This document shows, one piece after another, positions 38,590-48,881 of a stretch of DNA of 64,000 nt. This DNA comes from Burkholderiales bacterium. GTDB lineage: Bacteria; Pseudomonadota; Gammaproteobacteria; Burkholderiales; Burkholderiaceae_C. The position numbers were made by a program, and so were the translations under genes. The notes below the pieces were generated by a model that saw nothing but the letters and a program-made list of their open reading frames with translations, did not search any database and was not told where the DNA came from. Where the stretch lies: contig JBBSUJ010000005.1 of NCBI GenBank assembly GCA_038235025.1, positions 7,417-71,416 of the forward strand, in the 5' to 3' direction. How positions within the stretch are numbered: position 1 is the first letter of the stretch; each line of letters starts with the position of its first letter.

Positions 38590-41500
38590 ATGTCCATTCA
38601 CGCCGCACTGCACCACGTCACCCACTATAAATACGATCGCCCCGTCCAATTGGGGCCTCAAATTGTCCGCCTGCGGCCCGCGCCGCACTCGCGCAGCAAG
38701 GTCGTTTCTTACTCGCTGCAGGTAGAGCCTGCGGACCACTTTGTCAATTGGCAGCAGGACCCGTTTGCCAACTACATGGCGCGGCTGGTGTTCCCCGAGA
38801 AGACGCGCAAATTCAAGGTGACGGTGGATTTGGTAGTGGACATGACGGTCTACAACCCCTTCGACTTCTTCCTGGAACCGCAAGCCGAAAATTTCCCTTT
38901 CAAGTACACCCAAGCGCAAGCGCAAGAGCTGGCTCCGTACTTGGCATGCGAGCCCGTCACGCCCAAGCTCAAGGATTACATCGCCGGCATCGACCTGACC
39001 GAAAAACGCACCATTGATTTTTTGGTGCAGATCAACCAGCGGGTGCAGCAAGACGTCAACTACCTGATCCGCATGGAGCCGGGGGTACAAACGCCCGAAG
39101 AAACGCTCACCAATGCCTCGGGTTCGTGCCGCGATTCGGGCTGGCTGCTGGTGCAATTGCTGCGCAACGTCGGGCTGGCTGCGCGCTTTGTGTCGGGCTA
39201 CCTGATCCAGCTCACACCCGACGTGAAAGCGCTGGACGGCCCCAGCGGCACCACCGTGGACTTCACCGATTTGCACGCATGGTGCGAGGTGTTCCTACCC
39301 GGCGCAGGCTGGGTAGGGCTTGATGCCACATCAGGAATGATGGCCGGTGAAGGCCATATTCCCTTAGCCTGCACGCCCACCCCCGGCAGCGCTGCTCCCA
39401 TTGAAGGCGTCGTGGGTCCGGCGCAAGTCGAATTTGCCCACGAAATGACGATTACGCGTTTCATGGAGACGCCGCGCGTCACCCTGCCCTACACCGAAGA
39501 TGAGTGGGCCAAAGTGCTGGCGCTGGGCGACGCGGTGGATGAGCGCTTGGTGGCGGGCGACGTGCGCCTAACCATGGGCGGCGAGCCCACCTTTGTGGCC
39601 ACCACCGACCGCGATGCGGATGAATGGAACCTGGATGCGCTAGGCCCAACAAAGCGCGGCTTTTCCACCGAGCTGGTGCACCGACTGCAGGCCGAGTACG
39701 GCCAAGGAGGCTTCCTGCATTTCGGTCAGGGCAAGTGGTACCCCGGTGAGCCGTTGCCGCGCTGGGCTCTGTCCATTTTCTGGCGCACCGACGGCGAGCC
39801 GCTGTGGGCTGACCCTTCCCTGTTCTGCGATGAGCGCCACCCCACCCACTACACCGCTGATGACGCACGGCGCTTCACTGAAACGCTGGCGGGCAAGCTG
39901 GGCGTGGGCGGCAGCCACATCATGGCGGGCTACGAGGATGTGTATTACTACCTCTGGCGCGAGAAGCGCCTGCCGGTCAATGTCGACCCGTTCGCATCCC
40001 GGCTGGACGACGAGTTGGAGCGCGCCCGCCTGCACCGCGTGTTCTCGCAAAAGCTCGATGCCGTCATTGGTTACTTGCTTCCATTAGCGCCCGGCAACGC
40101 TGGCGCTGACCTGCCGGCCTCAGAGGGCCCTGGCTGGAAAAGCGGCTCGTGGTTTCTGCGCGAAGACCGGCTGCACCTGATCCCCGGCGATTCGCCCATG
40201 GGATTCCGCCTGCCGCTGGACTCACAACCCTTTGCCAGCACCGCCGACTACCCATACCAGATTGACCGCGACCCGACTGCGCCTGTCGCCAACCTGCTTC
40301 CAGCCGCTAAGTTGAGCGAGCGCTATCCCGCAAGCGCCGTTGACGACACGGGTGCAGACAAAACAAGCACCGCTGGTGATGACGCTACCGCCACGCCCAA
40401 GCGCGGCAGCTCGGCTGGCGACGTCCTGCGTACCGGTTTGTGCGTAGAAGTGCGCGATCCGCGCCGGGCCAATGGTCCGGTGAACGACAAGGTCGGCAAA
40501 CCCTCTGGCGTGCTCTACGTCTTCATGCCGCCGCTGGAGCGACTGGAGGACTACCTGGATTTGGTGGCTGCCATCGAAGCCTCGGCGCGCGACCTGAAGA
40601 TGCAAATCGTCATGGAAGGCTACGCGCCACCGCGCGACGTGCGCCTCAAGGTTTTGTCGGTCACCCCAGACCCTGGCGTGATCGAGGTGAACGTTCACCC
40701 AGTGAACAGCTGGCGCGAACTGGTCGCCAACACCGAGTTCTTGTACGACGCGGCTTGGCAGACCGGCCTGTCGGCCGAGAAGTTCATGACCGATGGCCGC
40801 CACACCGGCACTGGCGGGGGCAACCACATCGTGATGGGTGGCGCGACGACTGAAGACAGCCCGTTCCTGCGCCGGCCCGAGCTGCTTGCCAGCCTGCTCT
40901 TGTATTGGCACAACCACCCATCGCTCTCGTACCTGTTCTCGGGCATGTTCATTGGCCCGAGCAGTCAGGCACCGCGCGTGGACGAAGCCCGCAACGACCA
41001 ACTCTACGAGATGGAAATTGCGATCAAGCAGATCCACGCGGCACGAAAAAAACACGGCGAGGCCATGCCGCCGTGGGTGGTGGACCGCACGCTGCGCAAC
41101 ATCCTGATCGACATCAGCGGCAACACGCACCGCAGCGAGTTCTGCATCGACAAGCTCTACTCGCCCGATTCCAGCACCGGCCGCCTGGGCCTGCTGGAAC
41201 TGCGCGCGTTCGAGATGCCGCCCCATGCCCGCATGAGCATCGTGCAGCAATTGTTGATTCGCGCCTTGGTGGCGCGCTTCTGGGAAACGCCTTATGAAGC
41301 CCCCGCCGCCCGCTGGGGCACCGAGCTGCACGACCGTTTCCTGCTGCCCACCTTCGTCAAGATGGATTTTGATGATGTGATTGCCGAGATGAACCGGGCT
41401 GGTTTTGCCTTTGATGCCCACTGGTTTGCACCGCATCTGGAGTTCCGTTTCCCATTGATGGGGAACATGCAGGCCATGGGCATCAAGCTGCAGCTGCGCA

Positions 41501-41997
41501 ACGCGCTGGAGCCCTGGCATGTGATGGGCGAGGAAACCCGCTCAGGCGCTACGGCGCGCTATGTCGACTCATCGCTCGAGCGCATCGAGGTGCGCGTCAC
41601 CGGCCTGAACGAAAGCCGCCACGTGGTCACGGTCAACGGCCGCGCGTTGCCGCTGCAGCCCACCGGCGTCAAAGGCGAGTTTGTGGCCGGTGTGCGCTAC
41701 AAAGCCTGGAACCCGCCGTCATCGCTGCACCCGGCGATTGAGGCCCATGCACCCTTGACTTTTGACTTGGTCGACACCTGGATGAAACGCTCCATGGGTG
41801 GCTGCCAGTATTTTGTGTCGCACCCCGGCGGCCTGAGTTATGACTCGTTCCCGGTGAATGCGAACGAGGCAGAAAGCCGGCGTCATTCGCGCTTCCTGGA
41901 AATGGGCCACACCCCAGGGACTATGGATGTGCCGCCGGCCACCATCGAGCTGTGCGGCAGCCGTGAATTCCCCTTCACCTTAGACCTTAGGAGCTAG
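38590..41997 (+). CDS. Large transglutaminase-family protein (N-terminal transglutaminase-like module plus DUF2126-like region)
   Basis: 1135 aa. It starts MSIHAALHHVTHYKYDRPV (Bact_transglu_N-like) and has a Cys-His-Asp core (GSCRDSGWLLVQLLR ... DLHAWCEVFLPGAGWVGLDATSG). Confidence 0.8.
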   Translation: MSIHAALHHVTHYKYDRPVQLGPQIVRLRPAPHSRSKVVSYSLQVEPADHFVNWQQDPFANYMARLVFPEKTRKFKVTVDLVVDMTVYNPFDFFLEPQAENFPFKYTQAQAQELAPYLACEPVTPKLKDYIAGIDLTEKRTIDFLVQINQRVQQDVNYLIRMEPGVQTPEETLTNASGSCRDSGWLLVQLLRNVGLAARFVSGYLIQLTPDVKALDGPSGTTVDFTDLHAWCEVFLPGAGWVGLDATSGMMAGEGHIPLACTPTPGSAAPIEGVVGPAQVEFAHEMTITRFMETPRVTLPYTEDEWAKVLALGDAVDERLVAGDVRLTMGGEPTFVATTDRDADEWNLDALGPTKRGFSTELVHRLQAEYGQGGFLHFGQGKWYPGEPLPRWALSIFWRTDGEPLWADPSLFCDERHPTHYTADDARRFTETLAGKLGVGGSHIMAGYEDVYYYLWREKRLPVNVDPFASRLDDELERARLHRVFSQKLDAVIGYLLPLAPGNAGADLPASEGPGWKSGSWFLREDRLHLIPGDSPMGFRLPLDSQPFASTADYPYQIDRDPTAPVANLLPAAKLSERYPASAVDDTGADKTSTAGDDATATPKRGSSAGDVLRTGLCVEVRDPRRANGPVNDKVGKPSGVLYVFMPPLERLEDYLDLVAAIEASARDLKMQIVMEGYAPPRDVRLKVLSVTPDPGVIEVNVHPVNSWRELVANTEFLYDAAWQTGLSAEKFMTDGRHTGTGGGNHIVMGGATTEDSPFLRRPELLASLLLYWHNHPSLSYLFSGMFIGPSSQAPRVDEARNDQLYEMEIAIKQIHAARKKHGEAMPPWVVDRTLRNILIDISGNTHRSEFCIDKLYSPDSSTGRLGLLELRAFEMPPHARMSIVQQLLIRALVARFWETPYEAPAARWGTELHDRFLLPTFVKMDFDDVIAEMNRAGFAFDAHWFAPHLEFRFPLMGNMQAMGIKLQLRNALEPWHVMGEETRSGATARYVDSSLERIEVRVTGLNESRHVVTVNGRALPLQPTGVKGEFVAGVRYKAWNPPSSLHPAIEAHAPLTFDLVDTWMKRSMGGCQYFVSHPGGLSYDSFPVNANEAESRRHSRFLEMGHTPGTMDVPPATIELCGSREFPFTLDLRS

Positions 41998-42085
41998 TCC
42001 ACACCGCTATTCTTGTTTAAATGGACAAACTCCCACACTGGCGCTGCGTGCGCCGGCATTCTCTCCTTACAACGGGTGACATCGC

Positions 42086-44782
42086 GTGAACAACAGCCTT
42101 TTTGAGACGGGCGTGCCGCAATCGCCCGCTGAGTTGGCGGCCAGCCTTGCGCTAAGCGCCAGCCCTGGGCACTTCGACGAACTACGCGGTGTGGTGCGTC
42201 CTGCAGCGCGTCTCAGCCAGCCGCACAGCAACGCGCCAACGCCCTTGTTGCGCGACGCATTGGCTCACGCACAGACCCCTGCTGCGCCCACTCAGGTAGC
42301 TGCCACAGCCGCCGACCCGTCTGCGATCGCGCCGCCCTGGCGGCATTTCTTCGACGAGCTCGGTCCCGATGGTTTGACCGACCTGCCTCGGCGCGCTGCG
42401 CTGATGGAGCGCCAGGTGCGTGACAACGGCGTCACCTACAACGTCCATACCGACAGCGGAGCTCCGACCAGGCCTTGGTCGCTGGACTTGTTCCCGCTGA
42501 TCGTGCCGCCCGACAACTGGGCGCGCATAGAAGCCGGTGTGCTGCAGCGCGTGCGCGTGCTGGACCGTGTGATGGCGGATGTGTATGGCCCGCAGCAGTT
42601 GTTGCAGCAGGGCTTGCTGCCACCTGCGCTGGTGCATGGCCACGCCGGGTATCTGCGCTCCATGCACGGTGTGCGCCCCCCCGGCGACACCTGGCTGCAC
42701 ATTGCGGCTTTTGACTTGGCACGCGGACCGGACGGCGAGTGGTGGGTGGTGTCGCAGCGCACGCAAGCGCCATCCGGGCTGGGGTATCTGCTGGAGAACC
42801 GAGTGGCGGTATCGCGCCAGTTCCCCCAGGCGTTCGAATCCATGAACGTGCAGCGGCTGGCCGCCACCTACACCGCCTTGGTAGACAACCTGAAAGCCCG
42901 CTGCGCCTTTGGCAACCCGCCCCACATCGTGCTGCTCACCCCTGGGCGCTACAGCGAAACCTACTTTGAGCATGTCTACCTGGCCCGGTACTTGGGCCTG
43001 ACCTTGGTCGAGGGCGGTGACCTGACGGTGCGCGACCAGCGCTTGTTCCTCAAAACCCTGGACGGGCTGCGCCCGGTGCATGGCGTCGTCAAGCGGCTGG
43101 ATGATGAGTTTCTCGACCCGCTGGAACTGCGGCCCGACTCCACGCTGGGCGTGCCCGGCTTGTTGCAGGCGGTGCGCTCCGGCCACGTGCTTATCGCCAA
43201 CATGCCCGGTTCGGCATTCCTGGAATCCCCCGCGCTTCTGGGTTTCTTGCCAGCGCTGGCGCGGCACCTCATTGGTGAAACCCTGCAATTGCCCGCGCTG
43301 CCCACTTGGTGGTGCGGCGAGCGCGCCGCCATGGAAAGCGCGCTGCCCACGCTGGCGGACTGCGTCATCAAACCCACCTACATTGGCTCGGGCGAGAGCC
43401 ACTTTCACACGGTATTGGGCAGTCAGCTCTCCCAGCGCGAGCAAGACGAATGGGCGGGCCGCATTGCGCGTCACGGCCACTTGCACACCCTGCAGCGCTA
43501 CATGCCGCTGTCGCAAATGCCCACCTGGCAGGGCGACTCTGCGGGCGGGCGCATTGTGCCGCGCGCCGTCATGCTGCGCGTTTTTGCCGTCAGCGACGGG
43601 CCGGCATCCTGGCGCGTGTTGCCGGGGGGCATGGCGCGTCTGGCAGGCACCAATGCCCAGATCGCGTCGATGCAGCGCGGCGGCGGTAGCGCCGACGTGT
43701 GGGTGCATTCGCTGGGCGACGTCGACCGCAATTCACGCCTGCCGCCGCTGGCCTTGCGCGCCACTATTGAACGCTACCGCGCACCAGTCACTAGCCGCGC
43801 CGCCGAGAACATGTTCTGGCTTGGCCGCTACACCGAACGCGCCGACAACTCGGTGCGCTTGGCACGCCTCACGCTGAACCTGCTGGCCGGCGACGATGCC
43901 AACTCACCCCCCCTACTGAACTGGCTGCACCGGCTGGCGCTTCGCAATGCGCTGGTCAGTGACGAGGTTCCCACGGCCCCGCAATCGCGCCGCGTGTTCG
44001 AGCGCGCGTTGATCGCCAGCATGGGAGACGTAAAAGACCAAGCCAGCGTGGGCTCCAACCTGCAGAGCATCCGGCACGCCGCGGCGGCGGTGCGCGAGCG
44101 CATGTCGCCCGACCACTGGAACGAGATCGAGCACGCCGAAGCTGATTTCCTGCAAAGCAGCGCCGAGATGGCCGGCGAGACCGGCGAGGCGCGCTATTCG
44201 CCGGTGGCAGCTCAGCTCATGCTGGAGAGCGCCGCCGGCGCCTTGGCGGCGATGACCGGTGCTCAGACCGATCACATGACCCGTGACGAAGCTTGGCAGT
44301 TGCTGTCCATCGGCCGGCATTTAGAGCGCTTGAGTTTTCTGACCTACGCACTGGCCAGCGCGTTCGAAACCGGTTCGGTGCACAGCATGGCCGGTTTTGA
44401 GGCGGTGCTGGCGCTCTTTGACAGCACCATCACCTTTCATGCCCGCTACCAGCAACGGCGCGACGCGGCCGCCATGGTCGACTTGCTGGTGCTGGACCAC
44501 GACAACCCACGCTCCCTGTCGTGGGTCACGCACGCGCTTACCAAACGCATGCACCGACTGCCCGGAACCGTCTCTGGCACACAGAGCGATCTCACAAAGC
44601 CACTGCTCGATACCCGCACCTGGTATCTTGAAGCGCTCTGCGAACCGGGGACCGAGGTGCACTACCCGGTCTTGGCGCAGTTGCTGCAAAACTGCGAAGC
44701 GTCGGCTTACGAGGTCGCTAGCAGCATCAGCGCCCGGTACTTCACCCACACCTTTGAATCGCAGCAATCCGTCGGAGCATGA
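42086..44782 (+). CDS. Fused circularly permuted type-2 ATP-grasp protein plus alpha-E domain
   Basis: 898 aa with a GTG start. The N-terminal ~480 aa resemble COG2308 CP ATP-grasp proteins (YNVHTDSGAPTRPWSLDLFPLIV...). The C-terminal ~330 aa resemble alpha-E/COG2307 (AENMFWLGRYTERADN...). Family recognition is from memory. Confidence 0.7.
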   Translation: MNNSLFETGVPQSPAELAASLALSASPGHFDELRGVVRPAARLSQPHSNAPTPLLRDALAHAQTPAAPTQVAATAADPSAIAPPWRHFFDELGPDGLTDLPRRAALMERQVRDNGVTYNVHTDSGAPTRPWSLDLFPLIVPPDNWARIEAGVLQRVRVLDRVMADVYGPQQLLQQGLLPPALVHGHAGYLRSMHGVRPPGDTWLHIAAFDLARGPDGEWWVVSQRTQAPSGLGYLLENRVAVSRQFPQAFESMNVQRLAATYTALVDNLKARCAFGNPPHIVLLTPGRYSETYFEHVYLARYLGLTLVEGGDLTVRDQRLFLKTLDGLRPVHGVVKRLDDEFLDPLELRPDSTLGVPGLLQAVRSGHVLIANMPGSAFLESPALLGFLPALARHLIGETLQLPALPTWWCGERAAMESALPTLADCVIKPTYIGSGESHFHTVLGSQLSQREQDEWAGRIARHGHLHTLQRYMPLSQMPTWQGDSAGGRIVPRAVMLRVFAVSDGPASWRVLPGGMARLAGTNAQIASMQRGGGSADVWVHSLGDVDRNSRLPPLALRATIERYRAPVTSRAAENMFWLGRYTERADNSVRLARLTLNLLAGDDANSPPLLNWLHRLALRNALVSDEVPTAPQSRRVFERALIASMGDVKDQASVGSNLQSIRHAAAAVRERMSPDHWNEIEHAEADFLQSSAEMAGETGEARYSPVAAQLMLESAAGALAAMTGAQTDHMTRDEAWQLLSIGRHLERLSFLTYALASAFETGSVHSMAGFEAVLALFDSTITFHARYQQRRDAAAMVDLLVLDHDNPRSLSWVTHALTKRMHRLPGTVSGTQSDLTKPLLDTRTWYLEALCEPGTEVHYPVLAQLLQNCEASAYEVASSISARYFTHTFESQQSVGA

Positions 44783-44839
44783 ACGGTTTGCGGCTGGGCC
44801 CAGGCGTCACGATTTCAGGCTTGTAATTTATCGAACCCC

Positions 44840-45841
44840 ATGTTGCTTCACGTCACCCACGAAACCCATTACGACTACAGCCCTGCGGTTGAAACAGCAC
44901 AGCACATGGTGCACCTCAAGCCGCGCAACACCGACACGCAGCGCTTGCTATCGCACCAGCTGAGCGTGGAACCGGAGCCCGCCAACCAGACCGAATCGCG
45001 CGACTTGCACGGCAACACGCGCAGCTTCTTTGAGCTGGGCACGCGGCACGAATCGCTGTTGGTTTGCGCGCGCAGCCTGGTGCAAACAGAGGTGCCGCCG
45101 GTGGCCACGCTGGCCACCCTGAGATTGGGCTGGGAGGCGGTGCGTGAGCGCTTTCGCTACCGCGCGGGCGCGCCGTACGACAGTGCCTCGGCGTTTAACT
45201 TTTCGTCGCCCTATGTGCCGCGAGACGATGCCATCGACGCCTATGCCCGTCCCAGCTTTAGCGCGGGCCGCAGCGCTTTTGAAGCCGTATCAGAGCTGAA
45301 CCTGCGTATCTACAACGAGTTCAAGTACGACGGGACCAGCACCGAGATCAACACCCCCGCCGTGCAGGCATTGGAGCAACGGCGCGGCGTGTGCCAGGAT
45401 TTTGCGCACATCATGATTGCCTGCCTGCGCGGCATGGGCCTGCCTGCACGTTATGTCAGCGGCTACCTGCTCACGCACCCGCCAGCGGGCCAGCCCCGCT
45501 TGGTGGGTGCCGATGCATCTCACGCCTGGATCTCGGCCTGGTTCCCCGATGCGGACGCACCCGATTCATCTGGCAAAGGCCAATGGATTGACTTTGACCC
45601 CACCAATGGCCGCTGCGCCGGCGAAGACTATGTGACATTGGCCATAGGCCGTGATTTCTCGGACGTCTCGCCCATGCGCGGCGTGTTGCACGGCGGCGCT
45701 GGCCACACATTGGAGGTGCGGGTCACGGTGGAACCACTGCCACCGGGGGCAACCGAGCCGCAACTGGTGCACGAGTCAATGGTTGACCGTGCGGCTGCCA
45801 ACAGAGCCAAAGCCGCACAGGCCAATCTAACGGCGGGCTGA
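44840..45841 (+). CDS. Transglutaminase family protein (Bact_transglu_N plus transglutaminase core)
   Basis: 333 aa starting MLLHVTHETHYDYSPAV, with catalytic-type motifs GVCQDFAHIMIACLR, ASHAWISAWFP and WIDFDPTNG. Confidence 0.85.
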   Translation: MLLHVTHETHYDYSPAVETAQHMVHLKPRNTDTQRLLSHQLSVEPEPANQTESRDLHGNTRSFFELGTRHESLLVCARSLVQTEVPPVATLATLRLGWEAVRERFRYRAGAPYDSASAFNFSSPYVPRDDAIDAYARPSFSAGRSAFEAVSELNLRIYNEFKYDGTSTEINTPAVQALEQRRGVCQDFAHIMIACLRGMGLPARYVSGYLLTHPPAGQPRLVGADASHAWISAWFPDADAPDSSGKGQWIDFDPTNGRCAGEDYVTLAIGRDFSDVSPMRGVLHGGAGHTLEVRVTVEPLPPGATEPQLVHESMVDRAAANRAKAAQANLTAG

Positions 45842-45909
45842 TATTTAACCAGTTAGCCGGGTGCTTCAACCCGGACACCCATAAGGCCCGCGCCGCGCTG
45901 ACCCATCGC

Positions 45910-46269
45910 TCAAGGCGAAATGGTCTGACGCGGTCGTTCGCTCTCATCGGCAATGCGGTTGCCATGGGCCAACGCGTCGCGCACTGCGGCAATGTCCGCT
46001 GGGCGCACAACCCGCGCCACTTCACTGCCGTCCTGCAGCACGATCACCGTCGGCCACAACTTCACGTCGAACGAACGGCCCAGCGGGCGGCCAGGCCCAT
46101 CCTCGATTTTCATGTGCAACATGCCGGGCGCTTCAGCGAGGGCAGCGTCGACATGGGGCTTTGCAGCTTGGCAGTAGCCGCATGCGTCGGTACCGAAATC
46201 GAGGACAGTGACGCCAGGCATTGCGTCGAGGTCGGCGCGACTGAGCGTGGATTTGGCGTAAGGCAGCAT
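45910..46269 (-). CDS. Thioredoxin-fold protein
   Basis: 119 aa with a CGYC active-site motif (DFGTDACGYCQAAKP). Confidence 0.8.
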   Translation of the reverse strand: MLPYAKSTLSRADLDAMPGVTVLDFGTDACGYCQAAKPHVDAALAEAPGMLHMKIEDGPGRPLGRSFDVKLWPTVIVLQDGSEVARVVRPADIAAVRDALAHGNRIADESERPRQTISP

Positions 46270-46982
46270 CTAAGTTTCCTTATAGGCGCAAGTGCGTTCG
46301 GCAGACCGTCTGCGAACGCCACGCGGTTTTTACAGACTCTATGCGAAATAGGTCAAAAAGCTGTAGGCCGCGTGCCCTCTGCAATCGTCAGCAATGCACC
46401 AAGTCAAGAGATCCACGGATTAATCGCGCAGGAGAGCACGAAAAAGCGGGGGCATGACCGGCGCAAAAACGGGTATCGAGCCACTGTGCGAACCCGCGCG
46501 CCTCACCGCTCTTCCCTCAATCAAGCGGGCTGGCCGTCAGGGTGCCTTTTTCCAATGGTGGTGACCCGCATGGCCCCAGGTCCATAGTCCGATAGCTGCA
46601 AGTCAAACCACTCGTGAAGAGTTTTTGATCGACTCAGGGTTCGACATGGTATGAGTCCATTGCACCCCTTTTTTCAATGGGTGCGTAGCTGGTCTTGATC
46701 TACGATCAGCTTCGCGCGGTTCAACAACGCAAAACCCGACATGTGAGAGCCGTTGATGAGGTTGGCTCCATAGAAATCACCTTGTAGTGACTGCCTCGCA
46801 ATGTCCTACTGGTGTCCGCGCTTAAAGCAAACTCTGCCGGACGTGTTGAGGGCTCTTGGCAGTGACGCGTTGCGTACCGCCTACCGACATGGGAGTGAGC
46901 ACGTGGGTGGGAGCATCAAGGAGAAAATACACAACGCCCGCGCCACCCACCGATACCCGCCTTCGTGCGCGCTTCTCGCCAG

Positions 46983-48854
46983 CTACACGCCCGGCCCGGT
47001 ATCGCTCAGCCGCACATAGGTCGCTAGCAAATCACTTTTGGCGACCACGCCCAACAACACCGGGTGCTCCAAACTTTCCACCACTGGAAGGCGCTCGCCC
47101 CGATGCTCCAGAAAACGCTGCAGCGCCTCGCCCAGCTCCATATCGGCAGCAAGGGCTGTAATTTCTTGACTGAGCAAGTCAGCTGCGTGCAGGTGCGTGA
47201 TCTCTGGCGCAACGCCATCCAAACTTAGCAGAGCACGCTCACCGTCACTAGCCTGCGACGTCGAGGCGTCTTGCCTCTGCCGTGCCTGGCGGCGCTTTTC
47301 CAACTCCACCACCGCACTCAGCGCGTTGAGAGGCACCACCCCCAAATATCGCCTCTCCGCATCCGCCACGTACAAATACTTGACGGGATATTCGAGAAAC
47401 AAGCGGCGCATCGTGCCCAGATCGGCATCGGGCGGCACCACCGTATGCGCGGGCTGCACCAGCTCGCGCATGTGCAGGCCTCGCAGGCGGCTGCGCGCGT
47501 CATGTGCCTCGCGGCGCTGCACCGTAATTTGGTACATCGAGCCGCCCTGAATAGAGCGCGCCACAAAGTACGCCACTACGCTGGCGGCCATCAGCGGCAG
47601 CATGACCTCGTAGCTCAGCGTCATCTCGAAAATCATCAGTACGGCCATCAACGGCGCCTGCGTGGCGGCCGCCAAAAACGCGCCCATGCCCACCATGGCG
47701 TAGGCCGACGATGACGACGTGGCGCCCGGCCACAACGCCTGCACGCCATAGCCAAATAAGCTACCCATCAAACAGCCCACAAACAGCGCCGGGGTAAACA
47801 CGCCGCCCACCGCGCCGGAGCCCGCCGTGGCAAAGGTGGCCATTACTTTGGCCACCAGCAGCAGCAGCAAAATCAACCACGGGCCGGGGTTGTGCAGTAC
47901 CCCGTTCACCACGCTGTAGCCGTTGCCCCACACCTCGGGCACCCACACCGAAATCAAGCCCACCACCACCCCCCCAAGCGCCAAGCGAACCGGGAGCGCA
48001 ACCGGCAGCCGGGCAAACAGCCGCTTGCCCGCGGCCAGCCCGCGCAGAAACAGCGCTGCTGCCACCCCCAGCAGCACGCCCATCAGGGCAAACAACAGCA
48101 CTTCTGCCCCCTGAATATCGGCAAATGCGGGCATTTCGTACGGCGGGCGATAGCCGGGAAAAGCGCGCATGGCAATGTTGGCCACCACGGCCGCCACCAT
48201 GATCGGGCCCAGGCTTTCCATGGCAATCGTGCCCAGCACAATCTCGGCGACAAAGAAGGCCCCGGCAATCGGCGCGTTGTAGGCCGACGTAATGCCCGCC
48301 GCCGCGCCGCAAGCTACCAGCAGGCGCAGCCGCTCTACCGGAAACCGAAAAAAGCGCCCCAGCAGCGAGGCCGCAAGGGCCGACAGCTGCACCATCGAAC
48401 CCTCGCGCCCAATCGAGCCTCCACTGGCAATACTCACCAGCGACGACCCACTGCGCACCAGCGTCTGCGCCACGGGAATGCGCCCGTCGCCCACCACAAT
48501 CGCTTCCATGTAATCCGACGTGGCCTTTTGCTGCTCCCAGCGGCGCGCCAGCACCAGCAGCCCGCCGGCCACTAAACCGCCAATGGCCGGCACCGCTATG
48601 CGCCAAAACCACGGCAAATTGCGGGCAATGTCCACCATGCCGGTGTGCGGGCCAAACACCAGCGTGTCCAGCCACAGCAGCAGCAGCCGAAAGCACTCGG
48701 TGGCCCCCGCACCCAGCAGGCCAGCCACCACCGCCCACAGCAGGGTGACCTGCCAGTCGGAAATGCGAAACAGCCGCAGCAGCGCGGTGCGTGTGGTTAA
48801 AAGGGTGGAGGCAAAACGGGTGAACATGTGGTGGGGATTTTCACCCCGCAGCAC
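46983..48854 (-). CDS. ClC-family chloride channel / H+-Cl- antiporter with C-terminal CBS pair
   Basis: 623 aa. It has ClC selectivity motifs (GGSIGREGS, GAGSGAVGGVFTP). The C-terminal ~150 aa look like a CBS pair. The start is GTG 48854 or ATG 48827. Confidence 0.88.
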   Translation of the reverse strand: MLRGENPHHMFTRFASTLLTTRTALLRLFRISDWQVTLLWAVVAGLLGAGATECFRLLLLWLDTLVFGPHTGMVDIARNLPWFWRIAVPAIGGLVAGGLLVLARRWEQQKATSDYMEAIVVGDGRIPVAQTLVRSGSSLVSIASGGSIGREGSMVQLSALAASLLGRFFRFPVERLRLLVACGAAAGITSAYNAPIAGAFFVAEIVLGTIAMESLGPIMVAAVVANIAMRAFPGYRPPYEMPAFADIQGAEVLLFALMGVLLGVAAALFLRGLAAGKRLFARLPVALPVRLALGGVVVGLISVWVPEVWGNGYSVVNGVLHNPGPWLILLLLLVAKVMATFATAGSGAVGGVFTPALFVGCLMGSLFGYGVQALWPGATSSSSAYAMVGMGAFLAAATQAPLMAVLMIFEMTLSYEVMLPLMAASVVAYFVARSIQGGSMYQITVQRREAHDARSRLRGLHMRELVQPAHTVVPPDADLGTMRRLFLEYPVKYLYVADAERRYLGVVPLNALSAVVELEKRRQARQRQDASTSQASDGERALLSLDGVAPEITHLHAADLLSQEITALAADMELGEALQRFLEHRGERLPVVESLEHPVLLGVVAKSDLLATYVRLSDTGPGV

Positions 48855-48881
48855 CGTTTGGCAAACGCTCTGTATCTCGCC

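Noticed and set aside
46633-46650. A tRNA-like T-loop string, gggttcga, which might mark a tRNA gene or an att-site remnant.
   Set aside because: The flanking bases do not form a T-stem or acceptor stem on either strand, and there is no cloverleaf-sized structure around it.
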